DNA of 48,416 nt, from the NCBI GenBank assembly GCA_902774525.1, contig CACYIR010000001.1, positions 1 through 48,416 on the forward strand, in the 5' to 3' direction. The stretch's first letter is position 1. Every line of letters begins with the position of its first letter. Below the pieces are notes generated by a model that was not told where the DNA came from, made no database searches, and saw nothing but the letters and a program-made list of their open reading frames with translations. A program made the translations under genes and the position numbers. Source of the stretch: an uncultured Lachnospiraceae bacterium (lineage in GTDB: Bacteria; Bacillota; Clostridia; Lachnospirales; Lachnospiraceae). This document shows, one piece after another, positions 23,696-32,963 of the stretch.

Positions 23696-26600
23696 CTACT
23701 TGTCAAGGTCGTCTTCTATTAAATTGACCGATACAAGCGTCGACACACCCTTTTCCTGCATGGTGATACCGTAGAGGATATCAGCCGATGCCATGGTACC
23801 GCGCCTGTGAGTGATAACGATGAACTGTGAATTCTTGGTCAGTTTATGCAGATAGCTTGCATAACGCTTTACATTCGAATCATCAAGCGCCGCTTCTATC
23901 TCATCAAGCAGACAGAACGGTGACGGCTTTAAGTTCTGGATCGCAAAAAGCAGGCTGATGGCTGTCAGTGCCTTCTCTCCGCCTGAAAGCTGCATCATGT
24001 TCTGCAGCTTCTTTCCGGGCGGCTGTGCGATGATCCTTATACCTGCCGAAAGTATATCCTCATCCTCGATAAGCTCGAGTTCACCCTTTCCGCCTCCGAA
24101 AAGCTCCCTGAATACATTGTTGAATTCGGTCCTTATCAGCTCAAACTGCTCGGCAAACTGCTTTCTCATGGCTTCATCAAGCTCTCCGATCATGGCCGTG
24201 ATCTTCTCCATGGATTCGGTGAGATCATTTCTCTGACCGCTTAAAAGCTCATAACGCTCGGATACATTTTTATAGTCTTCAATAGCGTTGACATTGACAT
24301 TGCCGAGTTTTTTGATCTCCTGACGGCACTCATTGATGTTCTTTCTCGCAGAAGAAGCCTTAAATTCGGGATCAAAATAGTTCCCTGCGGTAGTAAGCGT
24401 AAGCTGGTACTCCTCCCACATATACGTGGTGGCGGCGTCCATGATCTCTCCGGTCTTTTCCCTCATGCCCTGGAGCCTTAATACCTCTTTATCAAGATCA
24501 TTGATACGTTTAGTAAGCTCCGACCATGAATTGAAGAACTCTTTATGATCATGATTGATCTTTTCCTTTTTACCGGTAAGTTCATCTATCGCTTCTTTAA
24601 GCTTCTCGCTCTCGGATTTAGCGTTTTCAATCTCCTCCGAACAAAGTTCTATCTGCTTATTCTTGCTTTCGTATTCCTTACGGTTTTCGTCTTCGCCGTT
24701 CCTGATCCTTTCACTGTCATTCTTTAAACGCTCTATATCAGAATCAATACGCGCGATATTCTCATCGGCATACCCTAATGCCTGTTCGATGTTTGAATAC
24801 TCTACGGTTATATCGGATACGGAAGTTACCGCTTCTTCTTCCTTTACTCTCGCTTCACCTACGGCGATACCGGCAGCTTCGATATTCTTTCTTAACTCAC
24901 CGGTCTTTCTCTCATTCTCGCTTAAGGACTGCTTCTGAACCTCAAGTTCAGTTTTAAGCTCCCTGGTCTTAAGCTCAAGATCGGAAGATTCTCTCTTATA
25001 GTCGGCGATCTTTGTCCTGATCTCTTCCAAACGATCCGATTCACGCTTAAGTTCAAGCTTAGCGGTGTTCTGGCCGACATAAAGATCCCGCAAACTGCCC
25101 CTTATGCTCTCAATATCCTCACGGATGTGCCGTTTTTCATCAGATACTGAGCTCTGCTCGGTACGGATCTTTTCAAGCTCTGCTTTTCTGTCCGAAACAG
25201 ACTTTTCAAGCTCTTCGAGCTCACGCTTTCTTGCTAAGAGATTACCCTTATTCTTAAATGCACCGCCGGCAATGGATCCGCCGGGAGATAAAAGCTCACC
25301 TTCTAAGGTAACGAGTCTTACGTTATAATCATACTTTTTAGCTATCAAAAGAGCATTGTCGATATTATCGACTACCACAAAGCTCTTTAAAAGATGTCTT
25401 ACTATACCGTCATATTTTTTATCCGCTTTTGCTAAAGATGCGGCATCACCTATGACACCCTTTTCCTTAAATATTCCGTCGTCCACCTTGCCCCTGTTAC
25501 CGTCACCGATAGACGTGATGGGAAGGAAAGTGGCACGTCCTGCCTTCTCTTTTTTCAGGTATTCTATCACTGCCTTGGCGGTCTTTTCATCCTCGGTCAC
25601 TATGTGCTGGATGGATGCTCCGAGTGCAGTTTCAACAGCAGTTTCGTACTTCTTTTCGGAAGAAATTATATCCGCTACAACGCCGCATATACCGGGAAAC
25701 TGTTCCCGGTTTTCCATGATCTTCTTTACACTTGCACTGTATCCGTCATATCTTTCGGCTATCTGCCTGATAGCTTCAAGACGGGATTTTGCACTTAAGT
25801 AATCCTGGTTTTTGGCATCAAGATTAAGAACAAGCTTTTTAGAGAGCGCATCCTTCTCCAAAAGCTTTTCAGAAAGAAGGTTACCCTCTTTTTCCTTGTC
25901 CTCAACAGATTTTGATATTGAATCATATTTCTTTTCGAGATCCCCGACTAAAGCGGAAACCTCTGCTTCGTCACTCTTTAATACAAGCAGCCTTCTTGAA
26001 AGCTCCGAATGCCTGATATTATTCTGTTCCAGGACAGTATCGGCATGCTCGATCGTGGTTTTTACATGTCCGTCGGAATTGGCCAGGCTCAGTATCTCGC
26101 TGTTTGCCTCCTCGATCTTCCTGTTTAAAGCCTCGATCTCTTTTCTTATATCATCAAGACGGCCAGCAGCCGCCTGTTTTTTCTGTGCACAGCTCTCAAG
26201 TTTTTCGGCATAGGAAAGCTTCTGCTTTTCAAATACAGCTCTTTCCGAATACTTTTCATCTATACCGGTCTTAATCTCATCGATACGTTCCGAGATCCTC
26301 TTGGAGTTGGCTCCGATGTTTTCCAACTGCTGGGTAAGGAGTTTTATCTCGCCTTCCTTTTTCTCGGCAAATATAAGGAGTTCCTGTCGTTTGTTCCGGT
26401 GTTCGTTAAGAAGCGAATCTATCTCGACTATTCTCTCTTCAAGCTTTTTATACTCGCTTTCAGCCTTTTCATTCTCTGCCTTTGTATCGGCAAGTTCCGA
26501 AGAAGCCGCCTCATACTTTGCGTCGAGCTCTTTCTTTCTCTTACCGCTTTCCTCATATTCCCTTAGGAAATTGTTGACTTCGAGGTTCTTTAATATCTCC

Positions 26601-27256
26601 TTTAAACGCAGATATTCCCTTGCCTGTTCGGACTGTTCCTTTAAAGGTCCTATCTGCTTTTCCAGCTCGCCTATAATGTCATTTACGCGCAAAAGGTTAT
26701 CCGAGGTTTCCTGAAGGTTTTTCTCGGCTATATTTTTTCTCTTTTTGAATTTTACTATGCCGGCCGCTTCATCAAAAAGCTCTCTTCTGTCCTCCGGCTT
26801 TGTACTTAAGATCTTGTCGATCTGGCCCTGTCCTATGATGGAATAGCCTTCCTTGCCGATACCGGTGTCCATGAACATTTCCTGGACATCCTTCAGTCTG
26901 CATACGTTTCCGTTTATCAGATATTCGCTTTCACCGGATCTGTATACACGTCTTGCAACAGCGATCTCTTCATAGTCCACGGGAAGTGTATGGTCGGAAT
27001 TGTCAAAAGTGATCTCAACATAAGCGTAGCCCATCGGTTTTCTGGCCTCAGAACCCGAAAAGATGACATCCTGCATGGATGAACCGCGGAGCTGTTTTGC
27101 ACTCTGCTCTCCGAGTACCCATCTTACCGCATCCGCAACATTGCTTTTGCCGCTGCCGTTGGGACCGACTATAGCTGTGATACCGTCATGGAATTCAAAA
27201 AGTATTTTATTTGCAAAGGATTTAAACCCATGTATCTCTATGCTCTTTAAATACAT
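23696..27256 (-). CDS. smc: Chromosome segregation protein SMC
   Basis: 1186 aa. Walker A GPNGSGKSN, a long coiled coil with a central hinge, signature LSGGEKALTA and Walker B FCLLDEIEAALD. It sits in the rnc-smc-ftsY arrangement. Confidence 0.95.
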   Translation of the reverse strand: MYLKSIEIHGFKSFANKILFEFHDGITAIVGPNGSGKSNVADAVRWVLGEQSAKQLRGSSMQDVIFSGSEARKPMGYAYVEITFDNSDHTLPVDYEEIAVARRVYRSGESEYLINGNVCRLKDVQEMFMDTGIGKEGYSIIGQGQIDKILSTKPEDRRELFDEAAGIVKFKKRKNIAEKNLQETSDNLLRVNDIIGELEKQIGPLKEQSEQAREYLRLKEILKNLEVNNFLREYEESGKRKKELDAKYEAASSELADTKAENEKAESEYKKLEERIVEIDSLLNEHRNKRQELLIFAEKKEGEIKLLTQQLENIGANSKRISERIDEIKTGIDEKYSERAVFEKQKLSYAEKLESCAQKKQAAAGRLDDIRKEIEALNRKIEEANSEILSLANSDGHVKTTIEHADTVLEQNNIRHSELSRRLLVLKSDEAEVSALVGDLEKKYDSISKSVEDKEKEGNLLSEKLLEKDALSKKLVLNLDAKNQDYLSAKSRLEAIRQIAERYDGYSASVKKIMENREQFPGICGVVADIISSEKKYETAVETALGASIQHIVTEDEKTAKAVIEYLKKEKAGRATFLPITSIGDGNRGKVDDGIFKEKGVIGDAASLAKADKKYDGIVRHLLKSFVVVDNIDNALLIAKKYDYNVRLVTLEGELLSPGGSIAGGAFKNKGNLLARKRELEELEKSVSDRKAELEKIRTEQSSVSDEKRHIREDIESIRGSLRDLYVGQNTAKLELKRESDRLEEIRTKIADYKRESSDLELKTRELKTELEVQKQSLSENERKTGELRKNIEAAGIAVGEARVKEEEAVTSVSDITVEYSNIEQALGYADENIARIDSDIERLKNDSERIRNGEDENRKEYESKNKQIELCSEEIENAKSESEKLKEAIDELTGKKEKINHDHKEFFNSWSELTKRINDLDKEVLRLQGMREKTGEIMDAATTYMWEEYQLTLTTAGNYFDPEFKASSARKNINECRQEIKKLGNVNVNAIEDYKNVSERYELLSGQRNDLTESMEKITAMIGELDEAMRKQFAEQFELIRTEFNNVFRELFGGGKGELELIEDEDILSAGIRIIAQPPGKKLQNMMQLSGGEKALTAISLLFAIQNLKPSPFCLLDEIEAALDDSNVKRYASYLHKLTKNSQFIVITHRRGTMASADILYGITMQEKGVSTLVSVNLIEDDLDK

Positions 27257-27279
27257 AACGCTGCCGTGCCCTGCATGTT

Positions 27280-27975
27280 TTAAGCCAGGTCACTCTGTCT
27301 CCTTGTTCTTACTATAGCTTCCATAGCCGCATTCTGTTCTGCGGCCTTCTTGTTGTGCCCGGTACCGTGCCCCAACACAACACCGTTTATAGAGACGACT
27401 ACCTCGAACTGTCTGTCATGTTCGGGTCCCGTCTCTCCTACAAGCTCATATACTATTTTCGCGTTGCTGCGTCCCTGTACTATCTCCTGGAAACGTGACT
27501 TGTAATCGACAAATGTTCCGTTTCCGCTCTCGAGTACTCTTTTGATGATGAACGCAGATACCACCTGGTAACCGCCGTCAAGGTAAATAGCTCCGATTAT
27601 CGCTTCAAATGCGTCCGCAAGGATCGAATCCCTGTTTGCACCGCCGTTGGCTGCCTCGCCCTTACCCAAAAGCAGGTAATCCCCGAGGTTTATCTCTCTT
27701 GCAGCAGATGCCAGAGCCTTTTCGCACACAAGCGCAGCTCTTTGCTTTGACATTACACCTTCCTTGTCCTGGGGTCTGGTCTTATACAGGTACTCACTCG
27801 AAACCATCTCCAGGATGGCATCCCCCAGGAACTCTATTCTCTCATTGCACTGTCTGTTCCTCACGGTAAGCTCATTTACATATGAGCTGTGTGACAGTGC
27901 AAGTGTAAGAAGATCCTTGTCCTTAAAAGTGTATTCCAGCTTTTCTTCCAGTCCGCTGATCTTTTCCGTATTCAT
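27280..27975 (-). CDS. rnc: Ribonuclease III
   Basis: NERIEFLGDAILE signature plus a C-terminal dsRBD (GPEHDRQFEV...GHGTGHNKKAAEQNAA). Confidence 0.95.
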   Translation of the reverse strand: MNTEKISGLEEKLEYTFKDKDLLTLALSHSSYVNELTVRNRQCNERIEFLGDAILEMVSSEYLYKTRPQDKEGVMSKQRAALVCEKALASAAREINLGDYLLLGKGEAANGGANRDSILADAFEAIIGAIYLDGGYQVVSAFIIKRVLESGNGTFVDYKSRFQEIVQGRSNAKIVYELVGETGPEHDRQFEVVVSINGVVLGHGTGHNKKAAEQNAAMEAIVRTRRQSDLA

Positions 27976-28068
27976 TTATTTTCCTTCCGTTTTGCCGCAC
28001 AGGTCCCGGTAAATGCTTAAAGTTAGTGCAGGCATAAATAGAAGCTGTCTATCCGACAGCCTCTTAAA

Positions 28069-28299
28069 TCAGTTTATAGCATTCTTGATCTGTTCAACTG
28101 CATCTCTGACCGTAACAATATTTTCGGCATTTTCATTGGCGATCTCAATGTCGAATTCCTCTTCAATTCCCATAATGATCTGGAAAACATCAAGTGAATC
28201 AGCTCCAAGGTCATCGATAAATGTAGTGTCCATCGTGATCTTGTCCGGCTCAACATTCAGAACCTCAGAAATGATCTTCTGCAATTTCTCAAATTCCAT
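28069..28299 (-). CDS. acpP: Acyl carrier protein
   Basis: The ORF-track start is an upstream GTG. The ATG at 28299 lies 5 nt after GGAGG. MEFEKLQKIISEVL...DLGADSLD carries the phosphopantetheine serine motif. Confidence 0.92.
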   Translation of the reverse strand: MEFEKLQKIISEVLNVEPDKITMDTTFIDDLGADSLDVFQIIMGIEEEFDIEIANENAENIVTVRDAVEQIKNAIN

Positions 28300-28326
28300 A
28301 ACAACCTCCACAATTTTGATACTGTT

Positions 28327-29331
28327 TTATTCCTGTAAATTTCTCCTGATCTTGTCAGGAATATTACTTTCACTGAACTTAATGCACTGCAGGATAGAGT
28401 TCTTAACCTCTATAGCCTTTGCATTGCCATGGGTTTTCATAACGAGTCCGTTAAGACCGAGCATGGGAGCTCCGCCGTAATCGTCCATACTGAAGCCCTT
28501 AAGGGTCTTCTTAAGAGACTTTTTACTGAGCAGCGCACCGATCTTGCTTACAGGTGTAGCCATAAGGCCTTCCTTGATCTTTGTAACCAGTGCTCCGGCA
28601 ACTCCTTCATACATTTTAAGGATTACATTGCCTACAAAAGCCTCACATACGATAACATCCGCATCGCCGTAAGGTATCTGGCGTGACTCGATACTACCCA
28701 CAAAATTGATATCGGAACAATTCTTAAGGAGCGGGAATGTCTCTTTTACAAGGGCATTTCCTTTTTCTTCCTCGGTACCGATATTTACTATGGCTACTCT
28801 CGGATTCTTAACTCCTATGACATTTTCCATATATATGGAACCCATCTTGGCAAACTGCACCAGATGTGAAGCACGTGCATCAACATTGGCTCCGCAGTCG
28901 ATAAGAAGAGATACACCTTTAAGTGTAGGTACTACAGGTGCCAACGGTGTTCTTTCAACACCCTTGATCCTGCCTGCAATGAGCTGTGCTCCCACAAGCA
29001 CTGCGCCGGTACTTCCTGCCGAGATAAATCCGTCCGCTTCCCCGGACTTCACAAGATTAAGTCCGACAACTATAGAAGACTCCTTCTTACGTCTGATGGC
29101 CATTACGGGAGCTTCATCATTTGTGATGACATCATCTGCATTGACAATAGCGATACGGTCTTTATCATACTCGTATGATGCAAGTTCCTTCTTTATGACA
29201 TCCTCTTTACCTACAAGGAAGCATTTAAGCTTTTCACTTGAATTCACGGCTTCAACCGTGCCTTTGACAAGTTCTAAAGGGGCATTATCCCCTCCCATGG
29301 CATCTATTGCCACCTTAACTAATCCGTCCAT
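28327..29331 (-). CDS. plsX: Phosphate acyltransferase PlsX
   Basis: VKVAIDAMGGDNAP...FISAGSTGA...GAPMLGLNGLVMKTHG, 334 aa, located upstream of acpP. Confidence 0.95.
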   Translation of the reverse strand: MDGLVKVAIDAMGGDNAPLELVKGTVEAVNSSEKLKCFLVGKEDVIKKELASYEYDKDRIAIVNADDVITNDEAPVMAIRRKKESSIVVGLNLVKSGEADGFISAGSTGAVLVGAQLIAGRIKGVERTPLAPVVPTLKGVSLLIDCGANVDARASHLVQFAKMGSIYMENVIGVKNPRVAIVNIGTEEEKGNALVKETFPLLKNCSDINFVGSIESRQIPYGDADVIVCEAFVGNVILKMYEGVAGALVTKIKEGLMATPVSKIGALLSKKSLKKTLKGFSMDDYGGAPMLGLNGLVMKTHGNAKAIEVKNSILQCIKFSESNIPDKIRRNLQE

Positions 29332-29354
29332 CTCGCACTCCGTTTTCTAAAATA

Positions 29355-29383
29355 ACTATAACCCATAAAAAATAAAAAATCAA
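29355..29383 (-). promoter_or_regulatory. Putative sigma-A promoter of plsX-acpP-rnc-smc-ftsY
   Basis: On the minus strand: TTGATT (29378-29383), 17-nt spacer, TATAGT (29355-29360). Confidence 0.5.
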
Positions 29384-29402
29384 TACAAAATCCCAAGAAA
29401 AA

Positions 29403-30176
29403 TCATTGTTTTTTATAAAAAAAAGATGAAATTAATGTAAAATTATACTCCTGCGGATAAAGAATCTGTTCGGTGTTCCCCAAGAACAGGATACCTCCCT
29501 TATTCAGGGCTTTATTGAAGTTAAAATAAATGCCTTCCTTGGCCTCATTCGTAAAGTAGATAAGCACATTCCTGCAAAGGATAAGATCACATCCGATCGG
29601 GTACGGATCTGTCAGCAGATTATGCTCCCTGAAGGTAACACATCTTTTAACCTCGTCGGAGATGCTGAACATTCCGGGAGAAGTCTCTGTAAAAAAGCTT
29701 ACCTTAAACTCTTGCGGCAGCCCTTTAAGACTTTTGGCAGGATATATGCCCTCTTTTGCCTTCTGCAGTATCTGCTTGTCTATATCGGTGGCAAGCACTC
29801 TTATCTTAGACAGAGGAAGGTATTTACTTAAAAGCATCACAAGTGAATAAGGCTCATCGCCTGTTGCACACGCCGCGCTCCAGACCTTGATACCTTCACC
29901 TTTTATAAGCCCGGGGAGTATGCTTTTGTCAAGTATCTCCCATTGCTCGGTATTACGCCAGAATTCTGAGACATTTATCGTCATGAAGCTGATAAACTCT
30001 TCAAGTTTTGTCCTGTCCCCCTTGATCAGGCTGATATACTCATGATAGTCACGGAGCTTATTCCGGACAAGCAGAGAATCCAGCCTTCGTTTCATCTGGT
30101 TTTCCTTGTATGAATCAAGGTTTATCCCTGAAAGCTGTTTTATCTGTTTTTTGAATAGATCATAGCCGTCAGACAT
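29403..30176 (-). CDS. cheR: CheR-type protein-glutamate O-methyltransferase
   Basis: TINVSEFWRN... and the SAM-binding VWSAACATGDEPYS...LATDID...CRNVLIYF motifs. The ATG follows GGAGGTACC. Confidence 0.85.
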   Translation of the reverse strand: MSDGYDLFKKQIKQLSGINLDSYKENQMKRRLDSLLVRNKLRDYHEYISLIKGDRTKLEEFISFMTINVSEFWRNTEQWEILDKSILPGLIKGEGIKVWSAACATGDEPYSLVMLLSKYLPLSKIRVLATDIDKQILQKAKEGIYPAKSLKGLPQEFKVSFFTETSPGMFSISDEVKRCVTFREHNLLTDPYPIGCDLILCRNVLIYFTNEAKEGIYFNFNKALNKGGILFLGNTEQILYPQEYNFTLISSFFYKKQ

Positions 30177-30200
30177 GGTACCTCCTTTAGTCCATACAGT

Positions 30201-30242
30201 AAAACAAAAACAGACTTAAAGCCTAAAGCCGCTTTAAGTCTG
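30201..30242 (-). terminator. Rho-independent terminator after ispH/S1, immediately upstream of cheR
   Basis: An 11-bp stem, CAGACTTAAAG (30211-30221) with CTTTAAGTCTG (30232-30242). On the minus strand it is followed by TTTTTGTTTT. Confidence 0.75.
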
Positions 30243-30269
30243 TTCTATTAACGATGATCAACCGAAAAA

Positions 30270-32249
30270 TTATTCAGCAGAAACGCTTTCCGACTCTTCA
30301 GCAGCTTCCGTACCGGTAGTATTCTCTGCAGCACCCTCGGTCTCATTCTCCTTAGGAGGAAGAAGAGCCTTGATACTAAGACTGATCTTCTTGTCTTCAA
30401 GATTGAAGTCAACTATCTTAGCGGTGATCTCCTGACCTGCCTTTAATACATCTGAAGGCTTCTCAATGTGATCTCTTGATATCTGTGATACATGAAGAAG
30501 TGCATCAACGCCGGGAAGGAGCTCTACAAATGCACCGAAATCGGTCATACGTGCAACCTTACCTGTAACTACGTTTCCAACTGCAAATTTCTCTTCAGCG
30601 TCAGCCCAAGGATTCTGATCGGGGAACTTCATTGAAAGAGCAACCTTATTTCCCTGGATATCCTTAATAAATGCACGGACTGTCTCGCCAACCTTAAATA
30701 CTTTCTTAGGGCTCTCAACTCTGCCCCATGACATCTCTGAAATATGAAGGAGTCCGTCAGCTCCGCCGAGATCGATGAATGCACCGAAATCGGTGATATT
30801 CTTAACTGTACCTTCGATAACGTCACCAACCTTGATGGTATCGAAGAGCTTCTTCATAGCCTCTGCTTTTCTTGCAACAAGGAGCTGCTTGCGGTCGCCG
30901 ATGATCCTTCTCTTCTTGGGCTGGAATTCGGTAACAACAAACTCGATCTCCTGATCCTTGTATTTATCGAGGTTCTTTTCATAGGTATCCGATACAAGAC
31001 TTGCAGGGATAAATACCCTTGCCTCATCATATACAACACAGATACCTCCGCCAAGAACTTCGGTAACCTTTGCTTTAAGGACCTCTTTGTCTTCAAACGC
31101 CTTAGCAAGCTTTTCGCTTCCGCGCTCTGCAGCCAGTCTCTTGTATGTAAGAGAAACCTGACCTTCCCCATCATTAACCTTAAGTACCTTTGCCTGAATC
31201 GTGTCGCCTTCCTTCACAACGGTTCTTAAATCAAGATTGGGGGTATTGGTATATTCGCTTCTGGGAATAATGCCATCTGCTTTATATCCGATGTCAAGAG
31301 CTATTTCGTCTTCTTTGACATAAATGACTTTACCTTCGACTACCTCCCCGTTGTGTATTGTCTTCATTGATTCATCAAGCATTGCGTCAAAATTCATTTC
31401 TGACATGATTTCCTGAACCTCCCTGATAATAGTTTTTGGGGTGGATGCCCCTGCTGTAATACCTACGCAACGGAAAGATCTAAATGATTTCAGATCCAAG
31501 TCTTTACCAGTCTGAATGTGGTAAGTGTTTTTGCATTCCTTCTCCGAGATCTCAACCAGCTTACGCGTATTTGAACTGTTGCTTCCTCCGATGACTATCA
31601 TCGCATCTGACACGGCCGCCAGCTCCGATGTTTCGCGCTGTCTCTTCTCGGTAGCGTTGCAAATAGAGTTAACAACATTTATATTATATATTTTTTTTTG
31701 TAAAATTTCAACTAATACTTTAAATTTTTTTAAATTATATGTAGTCTGTGCCACAAGCACCGTTTTTTCGTCATTTTCAGGGTTGTATCCTAAAGCTTCC
31801 TCTTCGGAATCTATAATGGTACATTTCCCTTTGCACCATCCGGATATACCCTCAACTTCAGGATGCGATGCATCCCCGATCACGATGATGCTGCTCCCTT
31901 TTCCGGATTCTTCGGATACTATCTTATGTATCCTTCCGACAAAAGGACATGTCGCATCAATAATGGTATTATGCCTGCTCTCCTCCGTCGCTTTTAACTT
32001 TAAGTATGTTTCTTCATTTACTCCGTGTGATCTTATGATTATGACGGAATCACTGATACCGTCAGCTTCAGATACATCATTTATGATACGGACACCTTTT
32101 TCTTCCAGTTCGGAACATACTATCTCATTATGCGTGATCGGACCGAAGGTATATACAGGTACTTTTTTCTCAAGCTGTTCATATACGGTTTTTACAGCAC
32201 ATTCTATACCAAAACAGAAACCGGCACTTTCAGCGACCTTTACTGTCAT
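30270..32249 (-). CDS. ispH: Bifunctional 4-hydroxy-3-methylbut-2-enyl diphosphate reductase (IspH) / ribosomal protein S1-like fusion
   Basis: The N-terminal ~285 aa (AESAGFCFGIECAV...ATCPFV...NSICNATEKRQ) are IspH. The C-terminal ~370 aa carry four S1 OB-fold repeats (e.g. GTVKNITDFGAFIDLGGADGLLHISE; GKVARMTDFGAFVELLPGVDALLHVSQ). Confidence 0.9.
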   Translation of the reverse strand: MTVKVAESAGFCFGIECAVKTVYEQLEKKVPVYTFGPITHNEIVCSELEEKGVRIINDVSEADGISDSVIIIRSHGVNEETYLKLKATEESRHNTIIDATCPFVGRIHKIVSEESGKGSSIIVIGDASHPEVEGISGWCKGKCTIIDSEEEALGYNPENDEKTVLVAQTTYNLKKFKVLVEILQKKIYNINVVNSICNATEKRQRETSELAAVSDAMIVIGGSNSSNTRKLVEISEKECKNTYHIQTGKDLDLKSFRSFRCVGITAGASTPKTIIREVQEIMSEMNFDAMLDESMKTIHNGEVVEGKVIYVKEDEIALDIGYKADGIIPRSEYTNTPNLDLRTVVKEGDTIQAKVLKVNDGEGQVSLTYKRLAAERGSEKLAKAFEDKEVLKAKVTEVLGGGICVVYDEARVFIPASLVSDTYEKNLDKYKDQEIEFVVTEFQPKKRRIIGDRKQLLVARKAEAMKKLFDTIKVGDVIEGTVKNITDFGAFIDLGGADGLLHISEMSWGRVESPKKVFKVGETVRAFIKDIQGNKVALSMKFPDQNPWADAEEKFAVGNVVTGKVARMTDFGAFVELLPGVDALLHVSQISRDHIEKPSDVLKAGQEITAKIVDFNLEDKKISLSIKALLPPKENETEGAAENTTGTEAAEESESVSAE

Positions 32250-32261
32250 CCTTTAACTCCC

Positions 32262-32924
32262 TTAAGATGCAGATTTTACAAGCTTAAATACAGCTTCGCA
32301 GACTTCATCTATCGACATATCTGAAGAATCTATGACTTCGGCGCCGGGGGCACAGACAAGAGGTGATATCTCGCGGGTCATATCCCTGTGATCGCGTTCT
32401 TCTATCTCCTGCTTTATCTTTTCAATGTCACATTCCTGACCGGCAGCCGTATATTCCGCATATCTTCTTCTCGCACGTTCTTCCACGCTTGCGGTAAGAT
32501 ATATCTTTACTGTGGCGTTCGGAAGCACTACGGATCCGATATCCCTTCCGTCCATTACGACATTGTCGTTAGCGGCCATATCGCGCTGGAGTCCTAAAAG
32601 GGAAGCACGCACCGCAGGATATGCCGATATCTTGGATGCTCCCGCACCGACCTCGCTTGTCCTTATGCGGTCACTGACATCTATCTCTCCCAAAAAGACA
32701 TGCTGGGCTCCGTCAATATATTTAATGCCTACCTTTATACGTCCGCAAAGCGATGATACGGATACTTCATTATCCACATCCATGCCTCTGGATATAAAAT
32801 AATATGCCATGGTCCTGTATATGGCACCGGTATCGATATATGTATAACCGAGTGTTCCGGCTACTTTTTTTGCTATAGTGCTTTTTCCTGCTCCCGCAGG
32901 TCCGTCAATGGCAATGCTTATCAT
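32262..32924 (-). CDS. cmk: Cytidylate kinase
   Basis: ISIAIDGPAGAGKSTIAKKVA...YIDTGAIYR...DGRDIG. Confidence 0.93.
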   Translation of the reverse strand: MISIAIDGPAGAGKSTIAKKVAGTLGYTYIDTGAIYRTMAYYFISRGMDVDNEVSVSSLCGRIKVGIKYIDGAQHVFLGEIDVSDRIRTSEVGAGASKISAYPAVRASLLGLQRDMAANDNVVMDGRDIGSVVLPNATVKIYLTASVEERARRRYAEYTAAGQECDIEKIKQEIEERDHRDMTREISPLVCAPGAEVIDSSDMSIDEVCEAVFKLVKSAS

Positions 32925-32963
32925 ATTCCGCTCCTCTCAATACACCGCTTTTTTTAACAAAAA

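Noticed and set aside
23696-27256. SMC considered as part of a defence system (Wadjet/Lamassu-like)
   Set aside because: It has full-length canonical SMC architecture in the conserved housekeeping rnc-smc-ftsY arrangement, and no JetA/B/D- or LmuA/B-like partners are nearby.
28706-29350. Long antisense ORFs opposite plsX (214 aa), ispH (31525-32256), the flavoprotein (33136-33705), mrpEFG (37513-38094) and rimO/acidic protein (36522-37094)
   Set aside because: Each lies opposite a gene with clear conserved motifs. They have serine/leucine-rich or hydrophobic junk translations and no Shine-Dalgarno, which is typical of shadow ORFs.
31675-31745. A very AT-rich stretch that looks like an intergenic region or promoter inside ispH
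   Set aside because: The IspH reading frame runs through it uninterrupted (…TTYNLKKFKVLVEILQKKIYNINVVNS…), and the flanking residues are conserved IspH sequence.
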